From a virus: DNA of 64,000 nucleotides. The notes below the pieces were generated by a model that saw nothing but the letters and a program-made list of their open reading frames with translations, did no database searches and was not told the DNA's origin. Numbering within the stretch: position 1 is the stretch's first letter; the number at the start of each line of letters is the position of its first letter. A program made the position numbers and the translations under genes. Positions 26,733 to 36,653 of this stretch are shown here, one piece after another. The stretch lies in IMG/VR virus record IMGVR_UViG_3300028393_000021, one strand, 5' to 3'.

Positions 26733-29700
26733 TTATCTTAACCGTGGATAAGTCAGTGGTGGCGGAAGTAAAGGGTCTGTATATCGAGCAATTTGTGTAA
26801 TTCTTAAATCATCAATATATCCCTTAAATGATAATGAATTATAGGATATTCCAATGTACTTAAATGGTATTGTGTAATTTGTTGTATTTGTTGTAGAACT
26901 AGTAATTGCAGAATTTATATACATAGTTAATATAGATCCAGATCTAACAACTGCTACATGATTCCATATATTAACAATCACAGTTCCTGTGGTAACAAAT
27001 GTGGTATTATCTTTCCAACCAATTTGACTGCCCACAGCATCGTTCACTCCTGTATATCCTAAATATGCAGATCCCGGAACACTGGTACTAGTAGTCCTAG
27101 AATCTAATAATGCCGGTGCGGTAGTTGAGGTACTGTACAAACTAAGTGGGTACATCCACATTTCTATTGTAAAATCCCCAGAGCCCAGTGCTGTTAAATT
27201 TGTTGCAGTGGTTGTTGAAGTCGAACCTATACCCAATCCATCACCGTCACCATCAAAGTATATACTAGTGGCATTATATTTAACAATTGAATTTGAAACT
27301 GATATATCACCTATGGAATATATATTATTTTGTGTAGTGGCATCAAATATTTTACTTTCAGTGGCATTAATTAATAAACTAGTGTTAGCAAATTTAAATT
27401 CAATAGCTCCGCTGGAATTAAACACATAAACTTTATAGCTGTTTGTGGTATAAACTCCAGTTGTACCTGTGGTCAACGGTGCAGTAGTAAGCGTATCTGT
27501 ATGCCATATAATTACTTTACCTGATCCTCCGGTGCCGCCGGTGCCGCCGCCGCCGTAGTAATCGCCGCCGCTGCCGGCTCCCCCGTTGCCAGTGTTTGTG
27601 CCGGCTGCAGGTGGACTTAAGGAGTTGGATGGTGTGCCACCTGCAGAAAATGTTGCCGAATATGTTGAACTACTAGCAACACTAACATACAGTCCGGAAC
27701 CACCAACACCGTAAGCTCCTGCACTAGATGCACCACCTGCAGAACCAGCGCCACCACCACCGCCACCGAAATAGCTGCTGCGGCCCTGGCCGGCAACGCT
27801 GTAGCTGTAACCGCCACTATTCCCTCCACTATTTCCATATCCAATTCCAGAACCATTTAGTCCCAGTGTATTTTGTGTAGATGTACCAGCCTGGGTTGCC
27901 GCCGTTTGATAACTATAGGCATTACCACCACTACCAGAACCACCAGCGAGACCTACGGTACCGGCTGCATCCGACCCACCACCACCACCACCTTTAGCTA
28001 GAATATTTGGAGGAATATTAAGTCCAACCAGTTGACTATCTTGGCCATTGGTCCGGGAACCACCGCCTGCACCCACAGTGATAGTTATTACACCCATGAT
28101 ATCAGTGGCAGTAAAGCTACCAACTGTTAGGCCGCCTGCGCCGCCGCCTGCGCCATATTCTGTGCCATAGGCCGCACTGGGAGTGTATTGGCCAGTCCCA
28201 CCACCACCGCCACCTGCTACTACTACATAATTAATTGTAAAACTTGATGATTGAGATCTAGTGTCAGGTGTTAATGGTGTAACTGGTAATGTATATGTTG
28301 TAACACCTCCAGCAGTTGTTATCCGTTCTGAAATAGCGCCTCGTAATATACGTAGATTCGATAGATACCCCTTGTAATATCCAAGATTTAGATATGTCGA
28401 TCTACCTATACTAAAATTATTAGTAATCAATTTAAAATTAGGAGATACAGCAGTATACAAACTGCTTAGAACAGTTGTAATTGTAATAGATGTAACAGTA
28501 GTACCGGCAGATGTGCCATTGATATACAAAGTTACAGTTGTATTATTTCTAACTAATGCTATATGATTCCATGCTCTAAATTTAACTTTTAAATTTTCTG
28601 CATCGGTACTTGTAAATGTAGTGGCAGTTCCTAGACTAACTGTACATCGCCCCGAAGTCTGCAATGCCAAAGACATCCCATCGTTGGTAGACGTAGTAGC
28701 TGTACCAAATGTCATAGCACCGGATATGTTATATCGACTATCGATAAAATACACAGTGGTGCTAATTGGTTCTGGATAAGACCAAAATTCTATACTAAAA
28801 CTGTTATTTTGAAAATTAACAGCATTAGGATTCACTGTTAAAAAGTCTGTGCTACCATCAAAGTAAACACTACCACCGGTCAACAGTGTGTTATATGGCC
28901 CGGGATTTATAAAGGGAGAGAATCTACGTATTGCAGGAGTACCATTTTGACTAACTGTAAAATTATAATTGCTTTTGTCAATAAGTGATCCACTTGCAGA
29001 AACCAACAAGTTAGTATTATTAACTAACGGAAACGGTGATCTAGGTAATGCAATTATACTTGATCCATTTAAAAAACGAAAATTTGACATGTAACCCTGG
29101 AAATAGTTGGTACCGTCATAGCCAATATATATAGATTGAGTATTATTATACACTGTTCCAGTGCTGGACGCGGTTACTAAATTACCGCCATTTAACATGC
29201 TGGTATAGGTTGATCCGGACCTAGATAGAGATATGTGATTCCAAGTGTTCAAATTAATCAGAGTGTTAGATATTGGTAGATAATCTGTTCCGAACGTAAT
29301 AGTTCCACTACCGGTGAATATATATATTCTAAATCCGCCTGTCACAGTGTATGTTACTGGGCCAATTGTTGTTGCTGGTGCATAGGTATCAGAATAACGA
29401 AGAATGACTACTCCCGACCCGCCTCTACTACCCGCAGTCCCTGACTCACCGCCACCACCGCCACCACCTCCTCCAGTATTTGCGGTGGCGTTTGAGGCAG
29501 CCCTGTAATTGTAAGCTGCGCCATAGCCACCGCCATAACTAAGGCCGAAGCCGGTGTAACTGCTGTTGCCGCCGCCACCACCTCCTCCTCGGCCAACAGA
29601 TGTCCCTGTAATAGTCGAATATAATCCTATGCCACCTTCTCCTCCTCCTCCGACCCCGCCAGCACCACCGCCTCCGTTGTTATAATAGCTAAAACTGCCG

Positions 29701-32700
29701 CTAAGACTGCCACCGGCAAATCCTTGCCCAGTTGTGCCAGCACCACCAGTACCGCTACCGGAGTTGCCTTGAGCACCGCCACCACCACCAGACCCTCCAG
29801 CAAGGCCATTACCAACATTATCATAATAACTACTACCACCACCACCACCACCGTTTGCAACCACGCTTACATTTGGGCCTGTTATAGAAGAATAGTTGCC
29901 AGATTGTCCTGTTCCAAAGAACGGCGTTCCTCCACCATCTCCCACCGTTACGGTATAAAGGGTAAGAGTTTGTACCGTAAGCGTATTCTCGGCAGATGCT
30001 CCGCCTCCAGATGTTTCGACAGATGTTCTATATCCACCAGCACCTCCTCCAGCGCCGCCAAGACCACCACCACCACCTCCTCCACCACCACCACCAATGA
30101 CTAGAAAATCAACACTCTGTGGCGGGCGAACTTCAGCAATTGAAGTAGTTACTGTATTTTGAGCACTTATTTTTAAGTTAAAAGGACTGAGTTCACTAGT
30201 GATTGATTTTGTAATAATCGTAGAAGTGGATGCACGAGTTGAATAAAACCAACCCTCTACTGTAAAATCTGAACTAATATTGAATACACTGCTGTGTTGA
30301 ATGCTTAGGTAGTCAGTGGTGCCATTAAAATATGTACTCCAATTTGTTGAGTATGGATTAAATGATCCTTGTGCCAACATATTCCCATACCCTTGAACAG
30401 GATATGATAATATACTTGAATCTTTTAAATATCTATTACCCCATTGTGGACCAAATGTAATTGTTCCGCTGCCATTAAGAAATGCATATATTATATAATC
30501 ATTTTGATATGATATATTATATGCACTTTTATTTCCAACTGCTGCTATTGGCAATGATGCTAAATGCCAGAAGAATGCAAGACCACCACCGCCGGAATAT
30601 CCAGCACTTCCACTTCCACCTCCACCATTTCCGCCTATTGGGCCGGCACCGTTAATACCACCATTACTATCGCCACCACCAGTGGCAAAAGTATTTGAAA
30701 AAGTTGAAGAGCTAGCTATATTAACATATTTTCCAGCAACAACAACTGAACCGTCTGGTGAGTTAGAAAGATAGACTGTATTCCCACTACCTGTAATATT
30801 AACTTTTTTAATATTAGTAGGACGGGTACCTAATCGATCATCATTGCCTACTTGAAATAATCCGCCATCATCATGTCCCCAGTCTGCAAACCATAGATAT
30901 CCTGATGAATCAATGGATCCAAATATATCCATGTCGCTTTGCGTTGAGTACCCAGCAGTAAAACTACTTTTTCCAATAATTGAACTTGGACCGTAACCTG
31001 TGTTTTCTTTCCAACCCGATGTTCCACCATAGTAAAAGTTCCCGTTACTATGGAAAGAAGAATAACCATCAATTGAAAATAATTGTGTTCCCACTGAATC
31101 TTCTTCTGTAGTATTTCCATATGTTTGACCAAATGACACACTGATTGGAAAAGCAACAGAAGTTAATACGCCTGTGGATAAATTTACTGTAAACAATCTT
31201 GCGGAGTTGGTATTCCAACGTCCAATCATAAATTGATTAACACCGTCCGACATTGTCCATAAACTGTTGCGGGGCGACGCAGTTCCTATTGCAGCCTGTT
31301 CACTTGCTGAAAATGTTCCAGTAGTAAAAGAATTTACTTTATATTTTTGTGTAGACAAGTTAATCCACACAGTACTACTTGTTGCAGGGAACGTAACTAT
31401 TGTTGCGCTGGCGCTGCCAGCGTTTATAAACGTAGATCCAGGATAATACGTTACACTATCAAGTGCTGAATTTGTAATAGTAGCGGCGCTCCCTTGAAAT
31501 TTGTCCCAGTTGCCGCCCCAAGTATCTGTATTATTTCTAGCAATTACACCTTTACCATCTGCATCCATGAATAAACTATCATGGTCGTCATTACTATAGA
31601 ATAATATACTAGTAGTAGCAGCAGTGTATGCTGGGGTTACGCCACCAGTAGTAAACATAGACTGCGAAATTGTAGTTCCGAGTGTGTTTTTTACATATGC
31701 TACACTAATAGTTATATTGCCACTGGCAGTTGCAAGTATATATTTTAAAAATCCTTTATTTGGTAACGCAATAAATCCAGTAATAGGAAGTAATGCATCA
31801 ATGGATGTAATTGGGCCAACTGAGGTAGCGTCATAACTGCTACCTGATATCAATGAAAACCCAGAACTAAGACCACTAGTAGCTGCACCAGCGCCACCGC
31901 CTTGGGCAACATAGAGACCTCCGCCACCCATGAAACCTGCATGACCCCAATAATTAGGACCATTATTTAGTGATAATGTTGTAATACCAGCAGTACCTCC
32001 GGGGCTACCACCACCACTGCCACCACTTGCTAATGGGCTATTAACATATGCTCCTGCATAGCTATAACTTTGTCCAGCACCGCCGCCAGTAGCAGTAATT
32101 GTTTGTGCAGTATCGCCGCCTAGTGGTTGTTTTCCGTTAACTGTGGATGATGTACCAGTACTTGCAAAGCGGGCAGAGTCATTAGCTGCACCAGCGCCAC
32201 CTGCACCAATTGTAACAATTAATGTATTACTAAGTAAAGGATTAAACGAATTTACATAAAGACCACCAGCCCCACCGCCGCCACCGGCATATGAAACACT
32301 AGAATAAGTTCCGCCACCCCCACCACCACCACCACCGCCGATGAGCAACATATTAATTTCACCAGTTGAGTAACTTACTGATGATTGATTACTTAATAAT
32401 AAATTATTATATGCAAAATAGGGATCAAATGACTGTGGGGTACTTGCTATATATTTTGTGTATCGTATAATAACAATACCAGAACCGCCGGGGAAACCAC
32501 TAGTACCGCCGTTTCCACCACCACCAGTATTTGGGGTACCTGCTGATTCAGCACCACCACCACCGCTTGAAGCAGTGCCATCTAAACCAGAGCCACCACC
32601 TGCGTATGAAATGCCATTAAGCCAAGTTGCACCATTACCGCCTGTGACACCGCTGCCTGCAGATCCAGCACCGCCGCCAGCCCCGTCGCCTCCGGCAAAA

Positions 32701-33158
32701 CCTTGACTAGGATTTGTAACCAGCGCAGCTTGGCCGGAGCCGGGGACCAGAACACCATTACCGCCACCGCCTGAACCTCCGGAGTAACCAGCATTACCGC
32801 CACCATACGCTGTGGAACTAACACCGTTTCCTATAATTGAGGAATTGCCTCCCGTGTTGGTTCCACTGTCTGCTATGCCACCCTGTCCCACAGTGATGGT
32901 AAATGCATTATTTTTTTGAAAGCTAATGGTACTTGATATATATCCACCAGCGCCGCCGCCGGACAGCCCACTACCACCACCACCGCCACCCACTATTAAA
33001 CATTCAGCAATTACATTGTATACTGGGACAAATACTGAAGATGTTGTGGTGAATGTATGATATACATAGTCAGAAGCTGTGGTAACTGTTCCACCTGTGG
33101 CAATAAAGGTAGGTTCTACATACCGTTGACGTTTGATTATTCCTAGATCGTATACCAT
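26733..33158 (-). CDS. Giant tail-fibre/virion protein: LamG/ConA-like scaffold with four Gly-rich modules
   Basis: Three LamG-like units (FTxExW...WNHxAxxR); four xxL(V/I)xGGGGGG...SG.I.F modules. Confidence 0.75.
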   Translation of the reverse strand: MVYDLGIIKRQRYVEPTFIATGGTVTTASDYVYHTFTTTSSVFVPVYNVIAECLIVGGGGGGSGLSGGGAGGYISSTISFQKNNAFTITVGQGGIADSGTNTGGNSSIIGNGVSSTAYGGGNAGYSGGSGGGGNGVLVPGSGQAALVTNPSQGFAGGDGAGGGAGSAGSGVTGGNGATWLNGISYAGGGSGLDGTASSGGGGAESAGTPNTGGGGNGGTSGFPGGSGIVIIRYTKYIASTPQSFDPYFAYNNLLLSNQSSVSYSTGEINMLLIGGGGGGGGGGTYSSVSYAGGGGGAGGLYVNSFNPLLSNTLIVTIGAGGAGAANDSARFASTGTSSTVNGKQPLGGDTAQTITATGGGAGQSYSYAGAYVNSPLASGGSGGGSPGGTAGITTLSLNNGPNYWGHAGFMGGGGLYVAQGGGAGAATSGLSSGFSLISGSSYDATSVGPITSIDALLPITGFIALPNKGFLKYILATASGNITISVAYVKNTLGTTISQSMFTTGGVTPAYTAATTSILFYSNDDHDSLFMDADGKGVIARNNTDTWGGNWDKFQGSAATITNSALDSVTYYPGSTFINAGSASATIVTFPATSSTVWINLSTQKYKVNSFTTGTFSASEQAAIGTASPRNSLWTMSDGVNQFMIGRWNTNSARLFTVNLSTGVLTSVAFPISVSFGQTYGNTTEEDSVGTQLFSIDGYSSFHSNGNFYYGGTSGWKENTGYGPSSIIGKSSFTAGYSTQSDMDIFGSIDSSGYLWFADWGHDDGGLFQVGNDDRLGTRPTNIKKVNITGSGNTVYLSNSPDGSVVVAGKYVNIASSSTFSNTFATGGGDSNGGINGAGPIGGNGGGGSGSAGYSGGGGLAFFWHLASLPIAAVGNKSAYNISYQNDYIIYAFLNGSGTITFGPQWGNRYLKDSSILSYPVQGYGNMLAQGSFNPYSTNWSTYFNGTTDYLSIQHSSVFNISSDFTVEGWFYSTRASTSTIITKSITSELSPFNLKISAQNTVTTSIAEVRPPQSVDFLVIGGGGGGGGGGGLGGAGGGAGGYRTSVETSGGGASAENTLTVQTLTLYTVTVGDGGGTPFFGTGQSGNYSSITGPNVSVVANGGGGGGSSYYDNVGNGLAGGSGGGGGAQGNSGSGTGGAGTTGQGFAGGSLSGSFSYYNNGGGGAGGVGGGGEGGIGLYSTITGTSVGRGGGGGGGNSSYTGFGLSYGGGYGAAYNYRAASNATANTGGGGGGGGGESGTAGSRGGSGVVILRYSDTYAPATTIGPVTYTVTGGFRIYIFTGSGTITFGTDYLPISNTLINLNTWNHISLSRSGSTYTSMLNGGNLVTASSTGTVYNNTQSIYIGYDGTNYFQGYMSNFRFLNGSSIIALPRSPFPLVNNTNLLVSASGSLIDKSNYNFTVSQNGTPAIRRFSPFINPGPYNTLLTGGSVYFDGSTDFLTVNPNAVNFQNNSFSIEFWSYPEPISTTVYFIDSRYNISGAMTFGTATTSTNDGMSLALQTSGRCTVSLGTATTFTSTDAENLKVKFRAWNHIALVRNNTTVTLYINGTSAGTTVTSITITTVLSSLYTAVSPNFKLITNNFSIGRSTYLNLGYYKGYLSNLRILRGAISERITTAGGVTTYTLPVTPLTPDTRSQSSSFTINYVVVAGGGGGGTGQYTPSAAYGTEYGAGGGAGGLTVGSFTATDIMGVITITVGAGGGSRTNGQDSQLVGLNIPPNILAKGGGGGGSDAAGTVGLAGGSGSGGNAYSYQTAATQAGTSTQNTLGLNGSGIGYGNSGGNSGGYSYSVAGQGRSSYFGGGGGGAGSAGGASSAGAYGVGGSGLYVSVASSSTYSATFSAGGTPSNSLSPPAAGTNTGNGGAGSGGDYYGGGGTGGTGGSGKVIIWHTDTLTTAPLTTGTTGVYTTNSYKVYVFNSSGAIEFKFANTSLLINATESKIFDATTQNNIYSIGDISVSNSIVKYNATSIYFDGDGDGLGIGSTSTTTATNLTALGSGDFTIEMWMYPLSLYSTSTTAPALLDSRTTSTSVPGSAYLGYTGVNDAVGSQIGWKDNTTFVTTGTVIVNIWNHVAVVRSGSILTMYINSAITSSTTNTTNYTIPFKYIGISYNSLSFKGYIDDLRITQIARYTDPLLPPPLTYPRLR

Positions 33159-33189
33159 GAAAAAATTAGTTTAAGGGAGTAGTTGTGAC

Positions 33190-33549
33190 TTATTGTTGTA
33201 CTACTATTTCAATCCAATTTACTGTTGTTTCGTCCCAAACATATCGCTTTCCGTCCTCTACCGGCATTGCAATTGGAGCTGCCCAAAGACATGTTTCTTC
33301 GTTCAGTACCCAAGAATCAAACGGCTTTGGAGGAATGAATGCATCTCTACCTGCATCGTAGGTATATCCTATGCCCGCATAATTTTTTCTCAGTGGAGTA
33401 CCACCCAACCTATGCTGGCCACCTTGAGTATTATAGCTAGTTTGGACCCATAAGCTGGGATCGCCCCAATGTCCTGTGTTAAGGACGTCTTGTTCAATAA
33501 CAATTACTTGTGTTACTATACCGTCTTCTACTTTTGCAAAATGACTCAT
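33190..33549 (-). CDS. Conserved small protein partnering Gly-rich fibres (possible assembly chaperone)
   Basis: MSHFAKVEDGIVTQVIV...WVQTSYN...LRKNYAGIGYTYD...PKPFDSWVLNE; start placed at ATG 33549, downstream of TATAAATA. Confidence 0.65.
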   Translation of the reverse strand: MSHFAKVEDGIVTQVIVIEQDVLNTGHWGDPSLWVQTSYNTQGGQHRLGGTPLRKNYAGIGYTYDAGRDAFIPPKPFDSWVLNEETCLWAAPIAMPVEDGKRYVWDETTVNWIEIVVQQ

Positions 33550-33581
33550 TTTTAAAATCCTTGTAATGATATTGTTATAGC

Positions 33582-33708
33582 TATTTATAACATTATAATT
33601 TATCATAGATGACATTTATACTTGGCAAAATAGGCCATAGTATTCTGTATCATATGATGTTAAAGTTATTTATAAAATATTTTTAGGGCACTATCATGTC
33701 TATAAATA
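33582..33708. promoter_or_regulatory. Divergent cluster of T4-type late promoters
   Basis: TATAAATA on minus at 33582-33589 and 33667-33674, and on plus at 33701-33708. Confidence 0.65.
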
Positions 33709-33732
33709 TCGAGAACAAAATAGGAATTTAAC

Positions 33733-35571
33733 ATGGCTTGGATAGCTGGTATCACACGTGGACATAATGGAGCAGTGTGTCTTTTAAAAGATGGAAAAAT
33801 AGTATTTGCTATAGAAGAGGAAAGATTAAGTGGATTTAAATACGATGGATCTCCACTACTTGGAATGTCATTAATACAAAAATATACCGACAAACTCGAT
33901 TATTTGGTAATTACAGGTACTTATTCACTAGCAGGGGATGTTTATAACCGGTTGGAGTGGACCGAGGAAAATATTTATGCAGGTTATGCTAGGAAATTAG
34001 GGCTAATTGATCGAGATATTACCAAATCAAAAAATACAGAACATCCTGATTCACAAGTCATTGACGTTGGAACCCAACATCATAAAATGCATGCCTCTTG
34101 TGCATTTTATAGGTCCGGATTTGATCAAGCAGTTGCAGTGATTTTAGATGGTGGGGGATCAGGATTTACATTGCTAAATTCAACTAATAGCCGTGTATTT
34201 GAAGTAGAAACCATATTTAAATGTTCATACCCAAATACATTTACAACTCTATATAAACACATGGCCGGATCTGGTCCATTTAAAAATAATAAAAGTTATG
34301 ATTTTAAAGATCCACTCGAATATGATCATGCTCCCCAAACAGCAGGCACTGGTATTCTTAAAGTAACTACCAGTGCAGGTATTGTCAAAGCATACGAAGC
34401 AGTCACTGAATTCTGTGGTTGGCAAGGCATCGAAGCGGGAAAAACTATGGGATTATCCCCTTACGGAAAATCAAACAGCCTTATACCACCAATATATACC
34501 AAGGACATTGACGGATTTTATTGCGGTAATAAATCCATGTTTACGCCTAACTATCCGCAAACTGCATTTATAGATAATGATATGAGTATCATGTCAGATA
34601 CATTTTTATCTAATGAGAAAGATAAAACAGTATTACAAGATCGAAGAGACATGGCATATGCTGTTCAGAAACAAAGTCAAGAAGTTGTGCTAAATCTCAT
34701 ACTTAGGGCTGTGGAAATGTCTGGTATAAAAAATGTAGTATTATCCGGTGGGTATGGATTAAATTGTGTGGCTAATTATTTTTATCTCGAAAAACTAAAT
34801 GAATTAGGTATTAATTTGTATGTTGAACCAGTGAGTACTGACGCTGGTCTCAGCGTGGGTGCTGCATTATATATGCATCATAAATTAGAAAAAACTGAAA
34901 AGCCATTACCACGTGATACTAATTTATATTTAGGCATTGATTTTACATATACACCTGAACTGATCAATCAGTTGGTATCACAATATAATGGTGTTGAAGT
35001 ATTAGAAAACATTCACAGTGATCAAGTTTCTCAAATTTTAAGAGATAAAAACATTGTTGCATTATTTCAAGGATCATCTGAAATTGGGCCACGAGCATTG
35101 GGTAATCGAAGTATTATATTTGATCCAACTTTTAAAGACGGAAAAGATTTTGTCAATAATGTAAAACGCAGAGAATACTTTCGACCATTTGCTGGTAGTA
35201 TTCTACACGAACATGTAAATGAATGGTTTGATATGCGGGGACTTGAAGAAAGTCCCAATATGATGTATGCTGTAAATTGTCAGCCAGGTGTTGAAGAAAA
35301 AATTCCCAGCATCATACACATTGACGGCACCTGTCGAATTCAAACAGTAAAACCTCAGCAGAATCCATTATTTTATGAGTTGATATCAGAATTTTATAAA
35401 TTGACAGGCGTTCCCATTTTATTCAATACCAGTTTTAACCTCGGTGGAGCACCCATGGTTGAAACATTGCATGATGCAATACATACATTGGTAAACAGTG
35501 ATATTGAATATCTCTACTTACCAGAATATAAGATATTAATAACAGCAGAAAATCAACCCGAGGAATTTTAA
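33733..35571 (+). CDS. Carbamoyltransferase (NodU/CmcH family)
   Basis: AIEEERLS, HHKMHASCAF, EAGKTMGLSPYG, LSGGYGLNCVAN, GPRALGNRSI, KRREYFRPFA, LFNTSFN. Confidence 0.92.
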   Translation: MAWIAGITRGHNGAVCLLKDGKIVFAIEEERLSGFKYDGSPLLGMSLIQKYTDKLDYLVITGTYSLAGDVYNRLEWTEENIYAGYARKLGLIDRDITKSKNTEHPDSQVIDVGTQHHKMHASCAFYRSGFDQAVAVILDGGGSGFTLLNSTNSRVFEVETIFKCSYPNTFTTLYKHMAGSGPFKNNKSYDFKDPLEYDHAPQTAGTGILKVTTSAGIVKAYEAVTEFCGWQGIEAGKTMGLSPYGKSNSLIPPIYTKDIDGFYCGNKSMFTPNYPQTAFIDNDMSIMSDTFLSNEKDKTVLQDRRDMAYAVQKQSQEVVLNLILRAVEMSGIKNVVLSGGYGLNCVANYFYLEKLNELGINLYVEPVSTDAGLSVGAALYMHHKLEKTEKPLPRDTNLYLGIDFTYTPELINQLVSQYNGVEVLENIHSDQVSQILRDKNIVALFQGSSEIGPRALGNRSIIFDPTFKDGKDFVNNVKRREYFRPFAGSILHEHVNEWFDMRGLEESPNMMYAVNCQPGVEEKIPSIIHIDGTCRIQTVKPQQNPLFYELISEFYKLTGVPILFNTSFNLGGAPMVETLHDAIHTLVNSDIEYLYLPEYKILITAENQPEEF

Positions 35572-36653
35572 TGACACGACCACAAGCATATTTTATCAAC
35601 GGCGGTGCCGGAAGAGTAATTGCATCTATACCAGCTTTTGAAAAATTAGCCGAGACTAACACAGATTTTATAATTGTATGTGAAGGTGGCAGTGACATGT
35701 ATCGGGGTCATCCCTTATTAGATCAAAGAGCATATGATCATTGGCATAAAGGAATATTTGCAGAGCAGTTAAAACATAGAGATTTAATTACACCAGAACC
35801 ATATCGTGTATGGGAATATTATAATCAAATGTGCAGTCTTTCACAGGCTTTTGATATTGCCATTAATAATAAAGGAATACGTAAATTACCTGCACCCTCT
35901 ATTCATCTTAATAAACTTGAAATAGCAGAAGCATACCGATTTATGCAAGAAGTAAAGACCAGATCGGGATTTGAAAAAACTATAGTTATACAACCATTTG
36001 GTCGAAGTGTTATCGCTAATCACGGAATGATTGTTGATCCCAGTTCAAGAAGTTTTGCTCAGAATGATTTAATAGATATAGTCAATTCCTTAAAAAAGGA
36101 ATACGGTGTAATTGTTATGAGCGAATTTGGTAATATTACAGGAATTGAAGCAGCTACTCCAAAAATACCGAACATTAGGATATGGGCTGCAATTATTGAA
36201 CTAAGTGATTACTTCCTGGGCTGCGATAGTGTGGGACAACATATGGCAAGAGCATTGGAAAAACCTGCTACAGTTGTTATCGGATCTACTTTTCCTATTA
36301 ATGTGAGTTATCCAGATTATTCTAATTTTACAATAATTGACATTGGTGAAAAACAAAGAATATATAGCCCAATTAGAATATCACAAGAAGATGCCATTGA
36401 AAGACATAATGATGCATGTATGGAAATGTCCGATGAAGATAAGAGACAAATTGTGAAATCTATTAAGAATAAACTTGGAAAATCAGTTAAATCTGCTGTA
36501 AAACCGTCTGTGAATGCCAATACACAGATAGATAACACCCATATACATAATCATGGGGTAAATCCCGTTAACAATGATTTTAAATTAAATCCACTTTCAG
36601 AAGAATTATCAAATAATTTTCCAAAATTAGTTAGCAGTCCAAACTTGTCTTAA
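35571..36653 (+). CDS. GT-B protein, glycosyltransferase family 9-like
   Basis: NGGAGRVIASIP, IVIQPFGRS, YFLGCDSVGQHMARAL.KP.TVVIG. Confidence 0.6.
   Translation: MTRPQAYFINGGAGRVIASIPAFEKLAETNTDFIIVCEGGSDMYRGHPLLDQRAYDHWHKGIFAEQLKHRDLITPEPYRVWEYYNQMCSLSQAFDIAINNKGIRKLPAPSIHLNKLEIAEAYRFMQEVKTRSGFEKTIVIQPFGRSVIANHGMIVDPSSRSFAQNDLIDIVNSLKKEYGVIVMSEFGNITGIEAATPKIPNIRIWAAIIELSDYFLGCDSVGQHMARALEKPATVVIGSTFPINVSYPDYSNFTIIDIGEKQRIYSPIRISQEDAIERHNDACMEMSDEDKRQIVKSIKNKLGKSVKSAVKPSVNANTQIDNTHIHNHGVNPVNNDFKLNPLSEELSNNFPKLVSSPNLS

Noticed and set aside
36627-36653. Functional meaning of the 27-bp convergent gene overlap
   Set aside because: Short tail-to-tail overlaps are common in compact phage genomes and no structure was evident.
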